64,000 bases of DNA, taken from a candidate division FCPU426 bacterium (GTDB taxonomy: Bacteria; Oederibacteriota; Muellerivitia; Muellerivitales; Muellerivitaceae). The translations under genes were made by a program, and so were the position numbers. The DNA lies in contig CAWHOE010000047.1 in assembly GCA_963830915.1 (NCBI GenBank), forward strand, positions 1 to 64,000, written 5' to 3'. The notes under the pieces were generated by a model, which was not told the origin of the DNA, ran no database searches, and saw only the letters and a list, made by a program, of their open reading frames with translations. This document shows, in pieces, positions 51,974 through 61,205 of this stretch. Position 1 is the stretch's first letter, and each line of letters starts with the position of its first letter.

Positions 51974-52705
51974 ATGAAAATCACGCTGGTTATTGGCTTC
52001 ACTCTCTCCCTCATGGGATGTTCCCTGCTCCACGCGGAGGATGCCGCTCCCCTGGGGGATCAACCGGTCACCATCGTGAAGCCTCCCTCGATCACCCTCA
52101 AAGAGAAAATATCCGACGGCGAGGGTTACAAAACACCCCGCCCACCCAAAAGAAACTTCGACGAAAAGTCATTGGACCTGGTGAACGATGAGGACCATTC
52201 CCCCAAGGGAGAACCCATTCTCAACCTGTCCGATCCGGCCATTTTCTCCCAGATCCAATCCATCGACAAAACCGAACATATCTCCGGAAAGCATCACTGG
52301 CACAAATTCAACGCCTGGGATTATTGCCACTTCTATGAGGGCGGCAAGAACTGGTACGGCTGGCGTACAGGCGAGACTTTCCATTGGGTCCTTTATTTCA
52401 ACAACCACCTTTGGTGGCACGATCCCTTCGCCGAGCGCTGGCTGTATTTCTACAAGGGTTACTGGTGGTGGCAGGGCGGCAAGGACCTTCAGGACACCCA
52501 GGTCTATCTGGAAGATGGGCATTATCACGTCTGCGCGCCCGACGGGGTCTTGGGCGAGGACCTTTGGACCAACGGGAAAAAGGATGTCGTGACCGAGCCT
52601 TTCAAGAAAGAACCGACCCGCGAGCCCCTCACCGACTCTCCCGGCCATGACGGCCACGGAACTGGCTTGGGCGGCGGGCTGAATAGTAATCGCTTCGGGA
52701 ATTAA
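51974..52705 (+). CDS. Secreted hypothetical protein with Trp/Tyr/His-rich domain
   Basis: Signal peptide and an aromatic-rich core. Confidence 0.65.
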   Translation: MKITLVIGFTLSLMGCSLLHAEDAAPLGDQPVTIVKPPSITLKEKISDGEGYKTPRPPKRNFDEKSLDLVNDEDHSPKGEPILNLSDPAIFSQIQSIDKTEHISGKHHWHKFNAWDYCHFYEGGKNWYGWRTGETFHWVLYFNNHLWWHDPFAERWLYFYKGYWWWQGGKDLQDTQVYLEDGHYHVCAPDGVLGEDLWTNGKKDVVTEPFKKEPTREPLTDSPGHDGHGTGLGGGLNSNRFGN

Positions 52706-52725
52706 GGCTGGACGGAGGTACGGGC

Positions 52726-53058
52726 ATGAAGATCAATAACAGCAATTTCTTGAAGAATTTCGGTCCCACCCCGGAACAACTGCAAAAGGCCCTGCAAGCC
52801 GACCAAGCCGCGAAGAACCTTCGGGGCGAATCCATCATGGCGGATAAACTGAAGAAATACAGTGAACTGACCGATATCGCCGCCCGCAAGGTCATCCAAG
52901 AAGGCCCGGAAGGGGTCCGGGATGAAAAGGAAGCGCCTCCGAAGGAATTCGGCAAAAAGAAGGACCGGAACGGAACCGATCAAGAAAGTTCGGGTCCGGA
53001 CGACGAGGATTTTCCTCCCCCTCCCCCCGGCACCTCCCGTATCGACATCAGGGTTTAA
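52726..53058 (+). CDS. Hypothetical protein
   Basis: 110 aa, GGAGGT SD, ends GTSRIDIRV. Confidence 0.65.
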   Translation: MKINNSNFLKNFGPTPEQLQKALQADQAAKNLRGESIMADKLKKYSELTDIAARKVIQEGPEGVRDEKEAPPKEFGKKKDRNGTDQESSGPDDEDFPPPPPGTSRIDIRV

Positions 53059-53205
53059 ACCTTCTATATCTTAAATGAGCTTATCCCTTTTCCATGGATG
53101 GGCCAGGCCAACCCTTTAATAATTCGAGCCTTTTCAGGCGTTTTTTCGGCTTCAGAAAACCTCAAAAGTGCCGTTAGGGTAACCAAGAAAGACGGAGGTT
53201 AACCC

Positions 53206-53694
53206 ATGATCAGCGGCACCAATCCCATCAGTAACAACAATTCCCTTTTATCCAACAGCAGTACCGATTCCTTGTTGAGCGCTTTGGGTGGGTCAACGAG
53301 TTTCGATTCCATCTTCACCCAGGCCATGAACCAGGCCAAAACCCCCGCCGCGAAGATGCAGGACGCCCTGTTGGAAGTTCAATACAACGACTTGAACGCC
53401 CTTTACAACGCGGTCTCGGGTGATAGTTCGGACGATTCTTCCGATCCGCTCCTGAGTTCCTCCACCGATTCGCTGGCCCTGGACCTGGGTTCGGTTTCTT
53501 CGCAGGTGAGCCAGCTGGAGCAGGAATTGGGAATAACCCCCTCGACCTCCGGCACCTCGTCCTCTTCCAGCGCCTCTTCCGCTTCCAATATGAACGCGGC
53601 CTTGGGGTTGCAGGCCCAAATGCTCTTGAACAACGACCTGGCCAACTTCGGGTCGTCTTCGGACTCTAGTTCAGGGATCGACTCATTGGTGTAA
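53206..53694 (+). CDS. Ser-rich acidic hypothetical protein
   Basis: 162 aa, GGAGGT SD, followed by a terminator. Confidence 0.7.
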   Translation: MISGTNPISNNNSLLSNSSTDSLLSALGGSTSFDSIFTQAMNQAKTPAAKMQDALLEVQYNDLNALYNAVSGDSSDDSSDPLLSSSTDSLALDLGSVSSQVSQLEQELGITPSTSGTSSSSSASSASNMNAALGLQAQMLLNNDLANFGSSSDSSSGIDSLV

Positions 53695-53709
53695 AACTTC
53701 TAAGGGAAT

Positions 53710-53760
53710 AAAAGGCGCGCGATCCGGATGAAGCCATCAGGGTCCGCGCCTTTTTTATTT
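53710..53760 (+). terminator. Intrinsic terminator, possibly bidirectional
   Basis: AAAAGGCGCG...CGCGCCTTTTTTATTT. Confidence 0.7.
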
Positions 53761-53884
53761 TCTGTTTTTTTTGAAAGTCTTTGAAAGGAGCAACCCCCGG
53801 TTTTCGATCATTTGTTATCGATCAAACCCGCCAAGGGTCGCTAGCGTACAGGCTGTCTTTATTTATTTTCGCTAACCAGGCTGG

Positions 53885-54484
53885 TTACAAACCCACCCAA
53901 AGCCCAGCCACGATCGGCACGTCCCCCAGGGTGACATCCTGGGTGAGGGTCAGGTTGTACCTGGCCTCCAAGAAAAGGTGGCTTTTGCCGCCCAGGTCCA
54001 ACTGCGCCCCAACACCCGCCAAAGCGTCGGCGTTCGTGGTGGATTCCCCGCTCGGGCTTCCGTATTGCAAGGCAAACCCCGGACCGGCCAGGAGGTAAGG
54101 CTGCCATCCCTGCCCCTCAAAGGTATATTTCACTTCCAGCAGGAACCGAGGGTTGGTGTCCGAAAAGCCGCCACCCGTGAAAATCCACTGGTCGGCTTCG
54201 CCCCTCAGGGAAAGGTTCTTGTCCAGCTTGTAGCCGATGAACTCCACCCCTCCGCCGCCCACCTGGTAATTCGGATCCCAGTTGGAATCGGCTAGATCCG
54301 GCCCAGTCCCGAACCCGATGGACCAGGGGCTTTCTTCCATATCCGGAGCGGCCGTTGTTTCACTGCCGGTATCCACGGTTTTCGCGGCTTTCGGCCTTTT
54401 GCTGGAGGCGTAAAGGGTGTCGGCCCAGGCGCCCGCGGAAATGAATAAGCTGATGGCTAAACAACCAAGGATGACTTTTTTCAT
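53885..54484 (-). CDS. Small outer-membrane beta-barrel protein (OmpA/OmpW-like)
   Basis: Signal peptide, alternating strands, QPYLLAGPG, FLEARY, terminal GLWVGL. Confidence 0.75.
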   Translation of the reverse strand: MKKVILGCLAISLFISAGAWADTLYASSKRPKAAKTVDTGSETTAAPDMEESPWSIGFGTGPDLADSNWDPNYQVGGGGVEFIGYKLDKNLSLRGEADQWIFTGGGFSDTNPRFLLEVKYTFEGQGWQPYLLAGPGFALQYGSPSGESTTNADALAGVGAQLDLGGKSHLFLEARYNLTLTQDVTLGDVPIVAGLWVGL

Positions 54485-55572
54485 CAGGGCGTCTCCCACA
54501 CATCGCTGTTATCATATGAGAGGCTTGTTCCGGCTATGACCCACATTTCGTTATTGAACGCCAAAGAGGTGAAACTATCCCTCGGCGAGAAAGCCGCGTC
54601 AGTGGCGGCTTTGGTCCAGGTCGAACCATTGCTGGAATACCACACGTCGTTGTAATAATCCGTCCCATTGGTCCCGCCGATGACCCACATGAGGTTGTCA
54701 TACACAACCGCGCTGAAAGCATAGCGCTGGCTGAATTGGTTGGGCCCGGGTGTGGAAGTATTGGCCAGGACTTTGGTCCAAACCTTTCCATCCGATGAGG
54801 ACCAAACATCGTTAAAGAAGTTACTATAAATTCCACCGATGACCCACATTTGATTGTTGTATACCAAGCAACCCTGGGCGTTGCGCTGGCTGAATTGGGT
54901 CGATCCCGGCGAATTATTGTTGGCCAATACCTGGGTCCATGTCACCCCGTTGCTCGAACTCCATACGTCGTTTGTATGACCGGTAGAAGAACCGTAACCC
55001 CCAATGACCCACATTTCATTATTGAATACCAGGGAGGCGTGGCCCTGGCGGCGGCTGAACTGTGTGGCTCCCGGGGACCCAGTATCGTTGAGAACCTGGG
55101 TCCAGGTCGCGCCGTCGGGCGAGGACCAAACATCGTTCAAGTAACCCCCGGAATTTTCCCCGCCAATGACCCACATTTGGTTATTGAACACTACGGAAGA
55201 GTGGGTTAATCGTTCGGTAAATTGCGTGCTCGGCGGCGTGGAATTGTCGGTGACCGCCGCGGTCCAATTCACGCCATCCCGTGAATACCACACGTCGTTT
55301 AAAGCATAGGTTGAAATGGTTTCCCCGCCGATCACCCACATTAGGTTGTCGAATGTCACGGACGAATGCCCGTCACGGGCGATAAAAGGAGAATAGGCCG
55401 ATGTCTGAAACCAGAACTTGCCCGCGTTAGGATTGGGCGTTGGGGCGGCTTGCGCGGCCGGCGCGGTGACGGCATTTGAGAGATTTTTACCGCAGGCGAT
55501 GGGCAACGCCATCACGCCCAATGCCAAGAACGCCAATAAGGAAAACCCGGAATAACTTCCGAAACTTCTCAT
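54484..55572 (-). CDS. Kelch-like beta-propeller lipoprotein
   Basis: Lipobox PIAC; 6 repeats of R..H...VFNN.MWVIGG....NDVWSS.DG.TW. Confidence 0.82.
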   Translation of the reverse strand: MRSFGSYSGFSLLAFLALGVMALPIACGKNLSNAVTAPAAQAAPTPNPNAGKFWFQTSAYSPFIARDGHSSVTFDNLMWVIGGETISTYALNDVWYSRDGVNWTAAVTDNSTPPSTQFTERLTHSSVVFNNQMWVIGGENSGGYLNDVWSSPDGATWTQVLNDTGSPGATQFSRRQGHASLVFNNEMWVIGGYGSSTGHTNDVWSSSNGVTWTQVLANNNSPGSTQFSQRNAQGCLVYNNQMWVIGGIYSNFFNDVWSSSDGKVWTKVLANTSTPGPNQFSQRYAFSAVVYDNLMWVIGGTNGTDYYNDVWYSSNGSTWTKAATDAAFSPRDSFTSLAFNNEMWVIAGTSLSYDNSDVWETP

Positions 55573-55933
55573 ACATGCTCCTTTTGAATAATGTTTTTCA
55601 TAACCGCGCAACAACCACATAACCAAATCTTTTCCGCCGTTTCTCTTGTCGACCCATTCTTAAAGCCCTTAATGTTGGCGGAATTTTACAACCAACATTT
55701 GGGAACTCAAGTTACTTTTACGTAACTCTAAGATTTGAAGAATGGGTTTATCGAGAAAGAACTAAATTTCGATCAGGGAAAACGAACTAACAAAATGCCA
55801 AAAGTAAATGATGGAACAAGATTACATTTTGATTTTTATTTTTTTCTCTGAGGTGAGCGGTTTTTTTCTTTAGGTGTTTTTTTTTAGCCGATTTAACCTC
55901 GGTTTTGCCGTAACTAGAAGGTTATCTTTTCGC

Positions 55934-56127
55934 TGTGCCGATTCTCCAAAATAATAGATGCATAAGAAATCGGTACTATACCGACTTCCTTAAAAGCTTT
56001 ATTGAAAGGTCCCTTGCGTTGAGGCTTCAAGCCGAAACGCTCGATTTAGTTGTGCCGGGCCCATAGATAAATAGGCCCGGCCATGGCATGTGCCGATTCT
56101 CCAAAATAATAGATGTATAAGAAATCG
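55934..56127. repeat. Pair of 39-bp direct repeats (55934-55972 and 56089-56127)
   Basis: TGTGCCGATTCTCCAAAATAATAGATG(C/T)ATAAGAAATCG, one mismatch between copies. Confidence 0.9.
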
Positions 56128-56164
56128 AAGAAGTAATCCGGGAATTCTCCCCACAAAACCCGTC

Positions 56165-56199
56165 AAAAAAAATTAGCCGGGCGGAAACCGCCCGGCTAA
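56165..56199 (-). terminator. Intrinsic terminator of the msrAB-dipZ-peptide operon
   Basis: TTAGCCGGGCGG-AAA-CCGCCCGGCTAA followed by a T-run on the minus strand. Confidence 0.85.
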
Positions 56200-56220
56200 A
56201 GGGTCTCAACTCCGATCTTT

Positions 56221-56460
56221 TTACTTGGCCATCGGCGTCGGGTCCATGGGTTTGGACATTTCCATATTCCCGCCCATGTCCTTTTTCATCGCCTTCTTCT
56301 TTTTCATCTTCTTCATTTTCTTCTTCATCATCATCGCCCCAGGCGTGCTGGCAGGGGCCATGGCGTTGGGGGTGGCCGCCATCATGGCTTCATCCGCCCA
56401 AACCAACCCGTTCAATCCCAAAAACATCGCGGCCAACGACACAACCAATATCCTCTTCAT
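56221..56460 (-). CDS. Secreted methionine-rich peptide
   Basis: AAGGAGG SD, 22-aa signal peptide, predicted mature 57 aa with 14 Met. Confidence 0.85.
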   Translation of the reverse strand: MKRILVVSLAAMFLGLNGLVWADEAMMAATPNAMAPASTPGAMMMKKKMKKMKKKKAMKKDMGGNMEMSKPMDPTPMAK

Positions 56461-56537
56461 GAAAAACCTCCTTGAATTTAATGTTGAACAACCGCTACTC
56501 CCATGGACCCTGGGGCCCACGGCCTCCCCGAACCCGT

Positions 56538-58268
56538 TCAGCCGAAAGTAAAGGCGTAAACAGAAGTCCCAGGGTCGTCGAACTCGATACGCAGGCGGTG
56601 GGAACCGGGTTTTCCTTTCAAATCCGCCAGGTTGTACAGCCGATGGGTGTCCAGCGTGACCTTCCCGTCACTCACATCCGCCCCGCCATTCCCGCCCAGG
56701 GGTTTGCCGTCAAGAAAAAGGGAAAGATGGTCCCCCTTGTTCGCCGGACCGATCACCAGGTAGACCTTGTCCGCCGTGAATTGGATCTCCAGGGCCGACC
56801 CTTGGTCCGGCTTGGCCGCCTCATCGCTCAAGGTCCAGGCTCCCTCATAGGCGATCTGGTGGGCCGGAAGGGCCGCCGGGAGGGTATAGACCTTTTTCCC
56901 GGCCGCTGGCTTTTGTGGGGAGGCGAAACGCTCCAGACGGTCCAAACCCAGATAGGATTCGGGCGTCTGGTCGTAGGTCTCGGCGGGGGCCTGCGCCAGG
57001 GCGGCGGCCCCATCCACGGGGTGGCCAGCCTCGGCCAGAAGCTGGCGTATGGCTGCGTCCATTTCCTCGTAATGGCCCTCGCCGAAATGGGCCAGGCGGA
57101 TATGCCCCTTGGCGTCGATCAGGTACTCGGCGGGCCAGTACATGTTCTGGTAGGCGGCCCAGGTCTTGAAATCATTGTCCTGGGGGACCGGGTAGGTGAT
57201 GTCGAACTGTTTCAATGCCTTTTGGACGTTGGCCGTTTCCTTCTCGAAGGCGAATTCCGGCGCGTGCACGCCGATGAGGACGAAATGGTCCGGGCCGTAC
57301 TTTTCATACCAAGCCTTCGTGTTAGGCAGGGTCCTGAGGCAATTGACGCAGCTGTAGGTCCAAAAATCCACCAGGACCACTTTGCCCCTCAGGCCAGCCA
57401 GGGTCAAAGGCGGGCTGTTGAGCCAGTTCGTGATGCCGGTAAATTCCGGCGCGGGCCCCAAGTCAGCGAGCTGGCCTCCCATCGCGATGGTTTCCTGGCG
57501 GGCCTTGGTTCCCCGGAGGGCGTCCAGCTGTTGGCTGACGATCTGGTTGTTTTCAACCCCCTCCACCAGGTTCCCATAGGAAGGAAAGGCCTCCAGGATC
57601 TTCAGTTGGATGGTCTTGTCGTAATTGGTGTAGATCAGAAGCGCCACGGCGATCATGACGACGCCGAAGGCCTGCTGGATGAGCCCCGTATATTGATTCA
57701 CCTGCCGCATTTTAGCGAAGAGGACCGAGCCGCCCAGGGATACCAGGAAGAGCGGTATCCCCAGCCCTACCGAGTAGGCCAGGGTCACCAGGACCACCTG
57801 AAAGCTGACCGATTGGGCGGCGGCCAGGGTGGCGATGGTGGCCAGGATCGGGCCCGCGCAGGGCGCCCAGACCAGGCCGATGGAAAAACCCGCCACATAA
57901 CCGGCGCCGAACCCCGTGCCTTCGCCCTTCCCTTGCAGGCGGTTTTGAAGGGGCCGAAGGACGTTGTTGATCCAGGTCTCGAACCTCGCGCCCAAGGACG
58001 GGAATAAAAGCGCCACTCCCAGCAGGCCGATGATGATGACCGCCGCCAGGCGGAAAACATTGGCGTCGATGTGCAGGAAACGCTCCAGGTAGGAAACGAA
58101 CAGGGTGAAGAGCGTAAAACTGGTCATCACGCCTAGCGTCAAACCGAAGGGTTTTCTTTTTCCCCCGGTGGAGGAAACCGAAAGGACCAGGGGCAGGAGC
58201 GGCCAGATACAAGGCGCCAGGATGGTGGCGAAACCAGCCAGAAAGCTGAAGAAGAGAAGAAATATCAT
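56538..58268 (-). CDS. dipZ: DipZ (CcdA/DsbD-type membrane domain plus thioredoxin-like domain plus C-terminal domain)
   Basis: APCIWP...WAPCAGP, DFWTYSCVNC, GVHAPEFAFEK, HFGEG, TPESYLG, terminal YAFTFG. Confidence 0.9.
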   Translation of the reverse strand: MIFLLFFSFLAGFATILAPCIWPLLPLVLSVSSTGGKRKPFGLTLGVMTSFTLFTLFVSYLERFLHIDANVFRLAAVIIIGLLGVALLFPSLGARFETWINNVLRPLQNRLQGKGEGTGFGAGYVAGFSIGLVWAPCAGPILATIATLAAAQSVSFQVVLVTLAYSVGLGIPLFLVSLGGSVLFAKMRQVNQYTGLIQQAFGVVMIAVALLIYTNYDKTIQLKILEAFPSYGNLVEGVENNQIVSQQLDALRGTKARQETIAMGGQLADLGPAPEFTGITNWLNSPPLTLAGLRGKVVLVDFWTYSCVNCLRTLPNTKAWYEKYGPDHFVLIGVHAPEFAFEKETANVQKALKQFDITYPVPQDNDFKTWAAYQNMYWPAEYLIDAKGHIRLAHFGEGHYEEMDAAIRQLLAEAGHPVDGAAALAQAPAETYDQTPESYLGLDRLERFASPQKPAAGKKVYTLPAALPAHQIAYEGAWTLSDEAAKPDQGSALEIQFTADKVYLVIGPANKGDHLSLFLDGKPLGGNGGADVSDGKVTLDTHRLYNLADLKGKPGSHRLRIEFDDPGTSVYAFTFG

Positions 58269-58325
58269 GGTAAGACCCTTTCTTATTTACGGAAGATAAC
58301 TACTGTCGGCCAAGCGCCCAGGCGC

Positions 58326-59393
58326 TCACTTCTCGAAAAGCTTTTTATATTTACCGTAACCTTCTTTTTCCAGATCCTCTTTGGGGATGAACCTCAAGGA
58401 CGCGGAGTTCATGCAGTAACGCAGGCCCGTGGGGGCCGGCCCGTCATCGAACACATGCCCCAGGTGAGAATCGGCGTGCTTGCTCCTCACCTCGGTCCTT
58501 ACCTCAAAAAAAGAGCTGTCTTTCTTTTCCACCACATTGTCCGGTTCCAAGGGCCGGGTAAAGCTGGGCCAGCCCGTCCCGGAATCGAACTTATCCTTGG
58601 AGCTGAATAGCGGTTCCCCGGAAACGATATCCACGTAGATCCCTTCCTGATGGTTGTCCCAATACTCGTTCTTGAAGGGTGTTTCCGTGCCGCTTTCCTG
58701 GGTCACCTCGTACTGCAGGCTGGTCAGGCGCTTTTTGATCTCGTCCTGGCTTGGCTTCTTATAGGAAGATTCGCCCTTGTCATCGCTAAGGGCCGGCGAG
58801 TCGCCCCAGACGCCCTGGATATACTCGTCACGGCCAGCGTGGGACCGGTAGGAATAATAATCCTCGGGGTTCTTCTTGTAGTAATCCTGGTGGTAATCCT
58901 CGGCTTTGTAAAAGGTCGAGGCCTTGAGGATCTCCACCACGATCGGCTTGTCGAATTTCCCCGACTTCGCCAGCTTTTCCATCGACCTCTCCGCCGCTTG
59001 TTTTTGTTCCTCATCGGCGTAAAAGATCACGGGCCGGTACTGGTGGCCCCGGTCCACGAATTGACCGCCGTCATCTGTCGGATCGATCTGCCTCCAATAG
59101 ACGTCCAGAAGCTCCGAATAACTGATCACGGAAGGGTCATAAACGACCTGGACCACTTCCGCGTGTCCCTTTTCCTTATAATCCTCATAGGTGGGGTTCT
59201 CGCCCTGGCCGCCCATATAACCAGCCAGCACTTCCTTCACCCCCTTGAGCTTTTCAAAGGGAGGGGTCATGCACCAGAAACAGCCGCCCGCGAAGACCGC
59301 TTTCTCGTATTTACCCTCGTCGGCAAAGGCCATCGCGCCAGTCAGGATAAAGACCAGGAAAAACGATGATAAGAAAGGTATGTAACTTTTCAT
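58326..59393 (-). CDS. msrAB: Exported bifunctional peptide-methionine sulfoxide reductase MsrA/MsrB
   Basis: Signal peptide; [17 protein letters not shown] (MsrA); [28 protein letters not shown] (MsrB). Confidence 0.95.
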   Translation of the reverse strand: MKSYIPFLSSFFLVFILTGAMAFADEGKYEKAVFAGGCFWCMTPPFEKLKGVKEVLAGYMGGQGENPTYEDYKEKGHAEVVQVVYDPSVISYSELLDVYWRQIDPTDDGGQFVDRGHQYRPVIFYADEEQKQAAERSMEKLAKSGKFDKPIVVEILKASTFYKAEDYHQDYYKKNPEDYYSYRSHAGRDEYIQGVWGDSPALSDDKGESSYKKPSQDEIKKRLTSLQYEVTQESGTETPFKNEYWDNHQEGIYVDIVSGEPLFSSKDKFDSGTGWPSFTRPLEPDNVVEKKDSSFFEVRTEVRSKHADSHLGHVFDDGPAPTGLRYCMNSASLRFIPKEDLEKEGYGKYKKLFEK

Positions 59394-59489
59394 TTTCGAG
59401 ACTCCTTCCCGCTAGAAACCTTTCGTTTCCCCCGGGTTATTTGATGAACAAGAGAGCGATCCTGGGATCGCCCCTTCTTTGTTTCGGAT

Positions 59490-59517
59490 TAGTCGTTGGA
59501 CCCCCCGAATCCTTACA
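59490..59517 (-). promoter_or_regulatory. Putative ECF-sigma promoter of msrAB
   Basis: TGTAAG-N16-CGACTA on the minus strand, about 100 nt upstream of msrAB and divergent from the ECF sigma gene. Assignment is inferred. Confidence 0.5.
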
Positions 59518-59607
59518 GGCCGGTTAACCTTTTTTTCTTCCGTCCATGACCCTGCCTTTACCAGCGGTTGCCTATAAAAAACCGGGCCTTTCTGCTAGAT
59601 TTGAGCC

Positions 59608-60192
59608 ATGCTTTCAACCCCTGAAAACTGGATCGATCTCCACGGCGATATCCTTTACCGTTACGCCTTGTCCCGGGTGGGCAAGCCGGAAATCGCGGAG
59701 GACCTGGTGCAGGAGGCCCTGCTGGCGGCCCTGCAAAACGCCAAAAGCTTTTTAGGGGGGTCCTCGGAGAGGACCTGGCTGATCAGCATCCTGAAGCGCA
59801 AGATCATCGACCATTTCCGTAAAACGGGCCGGGAAAAGCCCCTCTCCGGGTCGGAGGAAGCGCGCTTGTCCTATGAAGACGGCGGTTATTTCGATGAGAC
59901 AGGGCATTGGAAAAACATCCAGGAATGGGGTTCCCTGCCCTCGGATATCCTTGAGGACAAGGAGTTTTGGCGGGTCTTGAGCGGTTGTTTGGACAAACTG
60001 CCCCTGCGTATGCGCCAGGTCTTTCTACTGAGCGAGCAGGACGGCCTGAAGGGCAAGGAAGTTTGTAAGGTTTTGGGCCTGAGCCCGTCTAACTTATGGG
60101 TATTACTGCACAGGGCCAAGAACGGCTTGCGGCAATGCCTGGAAACCAACTGGTTCGATTTCTTGACGGTTCATAAAGAGCGCAAATCATGA
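59608..60192 (+). CDS. ECF RNA polymerase sigma factor
   Basis: HGDILYRYA, AEDLVQEALL, TWLISILKRKIIDHFR, SNLWVLLHRAK. Confidence 0.93.
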   Translation: MLSTPENWIDLHGDILYRYALSRVGKPEIAEDLVQEALLAALQNAKSFLGGSSERTWLISILKRKIIDHFRKTGREKPLSGSEEARLSYEDGGYFDETGHWKNIQEWGSLPSDILEDKEFWRVLSGCLDKLPLRMRQVFLLSEQDGLKGKEVCKVLGLSPSNLWVLLHRAKNGLRQCLETNWFDFLTVHKERKS

Positions 60193-60467
60193 TCGACATC
60201 GATTGCAAAGAGGCCAGCAGGCTTTACTCCGAATCCATGCATCACCCTCTGCCCCTTTTAAAATTCATCGCCTTGAAAATGCATTTGATGATCTGCGACC
60301 TTTGCCGAAAATACGTCAGGCAGTTGAAATTCCTTAGGCGTTCCACGCGGTTGTTGCTTTCAGCGGAGGCGGAAAATGGGGCGGATCATTCAAAGTTCAA
60401 ACTCTCGGACAAGGCCAAGAGGCGCCTTAAACTGCGCCTTCGCCAAGCCTCGAACGCCCGCGCCTGA
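60189..60467 (+). CDS. Soluble zinc-binding anti-sigma factor (zf-HC2/ZAS)
   Basis: CKEASRL...HLMICDLC (HxxxCxxC); ATGA overlap with the sigma gene; no TM segment. Confidence 0.88.
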   Translation: MIDIDCKEASRLYSESMHHPLPLLKFIALKMHLMICDLCRKYVRQLKFLRRSTRLLLSAEAENGADHSKFKLSDKAKRRLKLRLRQASNARA

Positions 60468-61161
60468 CCGGATCATCCATAAGTTCCTTCTCCCTTTGGG
60501 TGCCTGTCTCCTGCTCCTGACCGCGTCCGCCTGCCAGGTAAAAGTCACCTACCCGAACGCCGCCGGGACCCTTTTCATCCGCCAGCAGATCTGCGACCTC
60601 CACGACTTCAAAACCGGCTTCTTCAAGCGCGAGAATGACCTCAAGGGCCATGGGTTCCTTACCTACAGTTTCTACCGCGACCCCCAGGACCCCAAGACCT
60701 ATATCCTGTCCTTTGAATGCTCGGACTTGAAAAAGGCGGCGGATCTCATCGGTTCGTCCAATTTTTATATTTCCTGCGTGGGCGCTGGCCTGGGCCTGCC
60801 GCTGGTCTGGGCCGGGGTGGATTTACCAGAGCCGCCCACCCAGGGCCTCACACCCAAGGCGGGCGGGATCGTGGTGGCCCGTTATAAAGTCAGGGATTAC
60901 GGGGCCTGGAAAAGGGATTGGGACGCGGCGAACGGCGATGGCAAAACCCGCCTGGGGCGCGGTTTCGCGTTCCGCGCCATCAGCCTGCGCCGGGCGGCTG
61001 ACGATCCCAATACAGTTATCGTGGTTTACGGAGTTTCGGATGTCCCCCAAGCGCGGGCCAATTGGGAGTCTGACACTGAAAAAAACGCCATGGATGCCGC
61101 CAGCGTAATGAAGAAGGACCTCTGGTTTGGGACTGATTTAGAAGAAGGACTCATTCAATGA
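60376..61161 (+). CDS. Putative lipoprotein with two ferredoxin-like (ABM/cyclase-like) repeats; start uncertain
   Basis: Lipobox-like LTASAC; repeats ...YRDPQDPKTYIL and ...YKVRDYGAWK...RAADDPNTVIV. Confidence 0.55.
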   Translation: MGRIIQSSNSRTRPRGALNCAFAKPRTPAPDRIIHKFLLPLGACLLLLTASACQVKVTYPNAAGTLFIRQQICDLHDFKTGFFKRENDLKGHGFLTYSFYRDPQDPKTYILSFECSDLKKAADLIGSSNFYISCVGAGLGLPLVWAGVDLPEPPTQGLTPKAGGIVVARYKVRDYGAWKRDWDAANGDGKTRLGRGFAFRAISLRRAADDPNTVIVVYGVSDVPQARANWESDTEKNAMDAASVMKKDLWFGTDLEEGLIQ

Positions 61162-61205
61162 GGGTTAGACATCGGGCCTGACCCATATACCTGGCCAGGC
61201 ACCTT

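Noticed and set aside
55880..55920. GGCAAA-containing hairpin upstream of the kelch gene as a c-di-GMP-I riboswitch
   Set aside because: Lacks the GNRA loop/receptor and the GACGCAAA junction.
55934..56127. Mini-CRISPR interpretation of the 39-bp repeat pair
   Set aside because: Only two copies, a 116-bp interval far longer than a spacer, and no cas genes in the window.
56472..58007. 511-aa plus-strand ORF, and similar long antisense ORFs such as 34524-35702, 12856-13752 and 49890-50948
   Set aside because: Shadow frames of well-supported opposite-strand genes, with no recognisable motifs.
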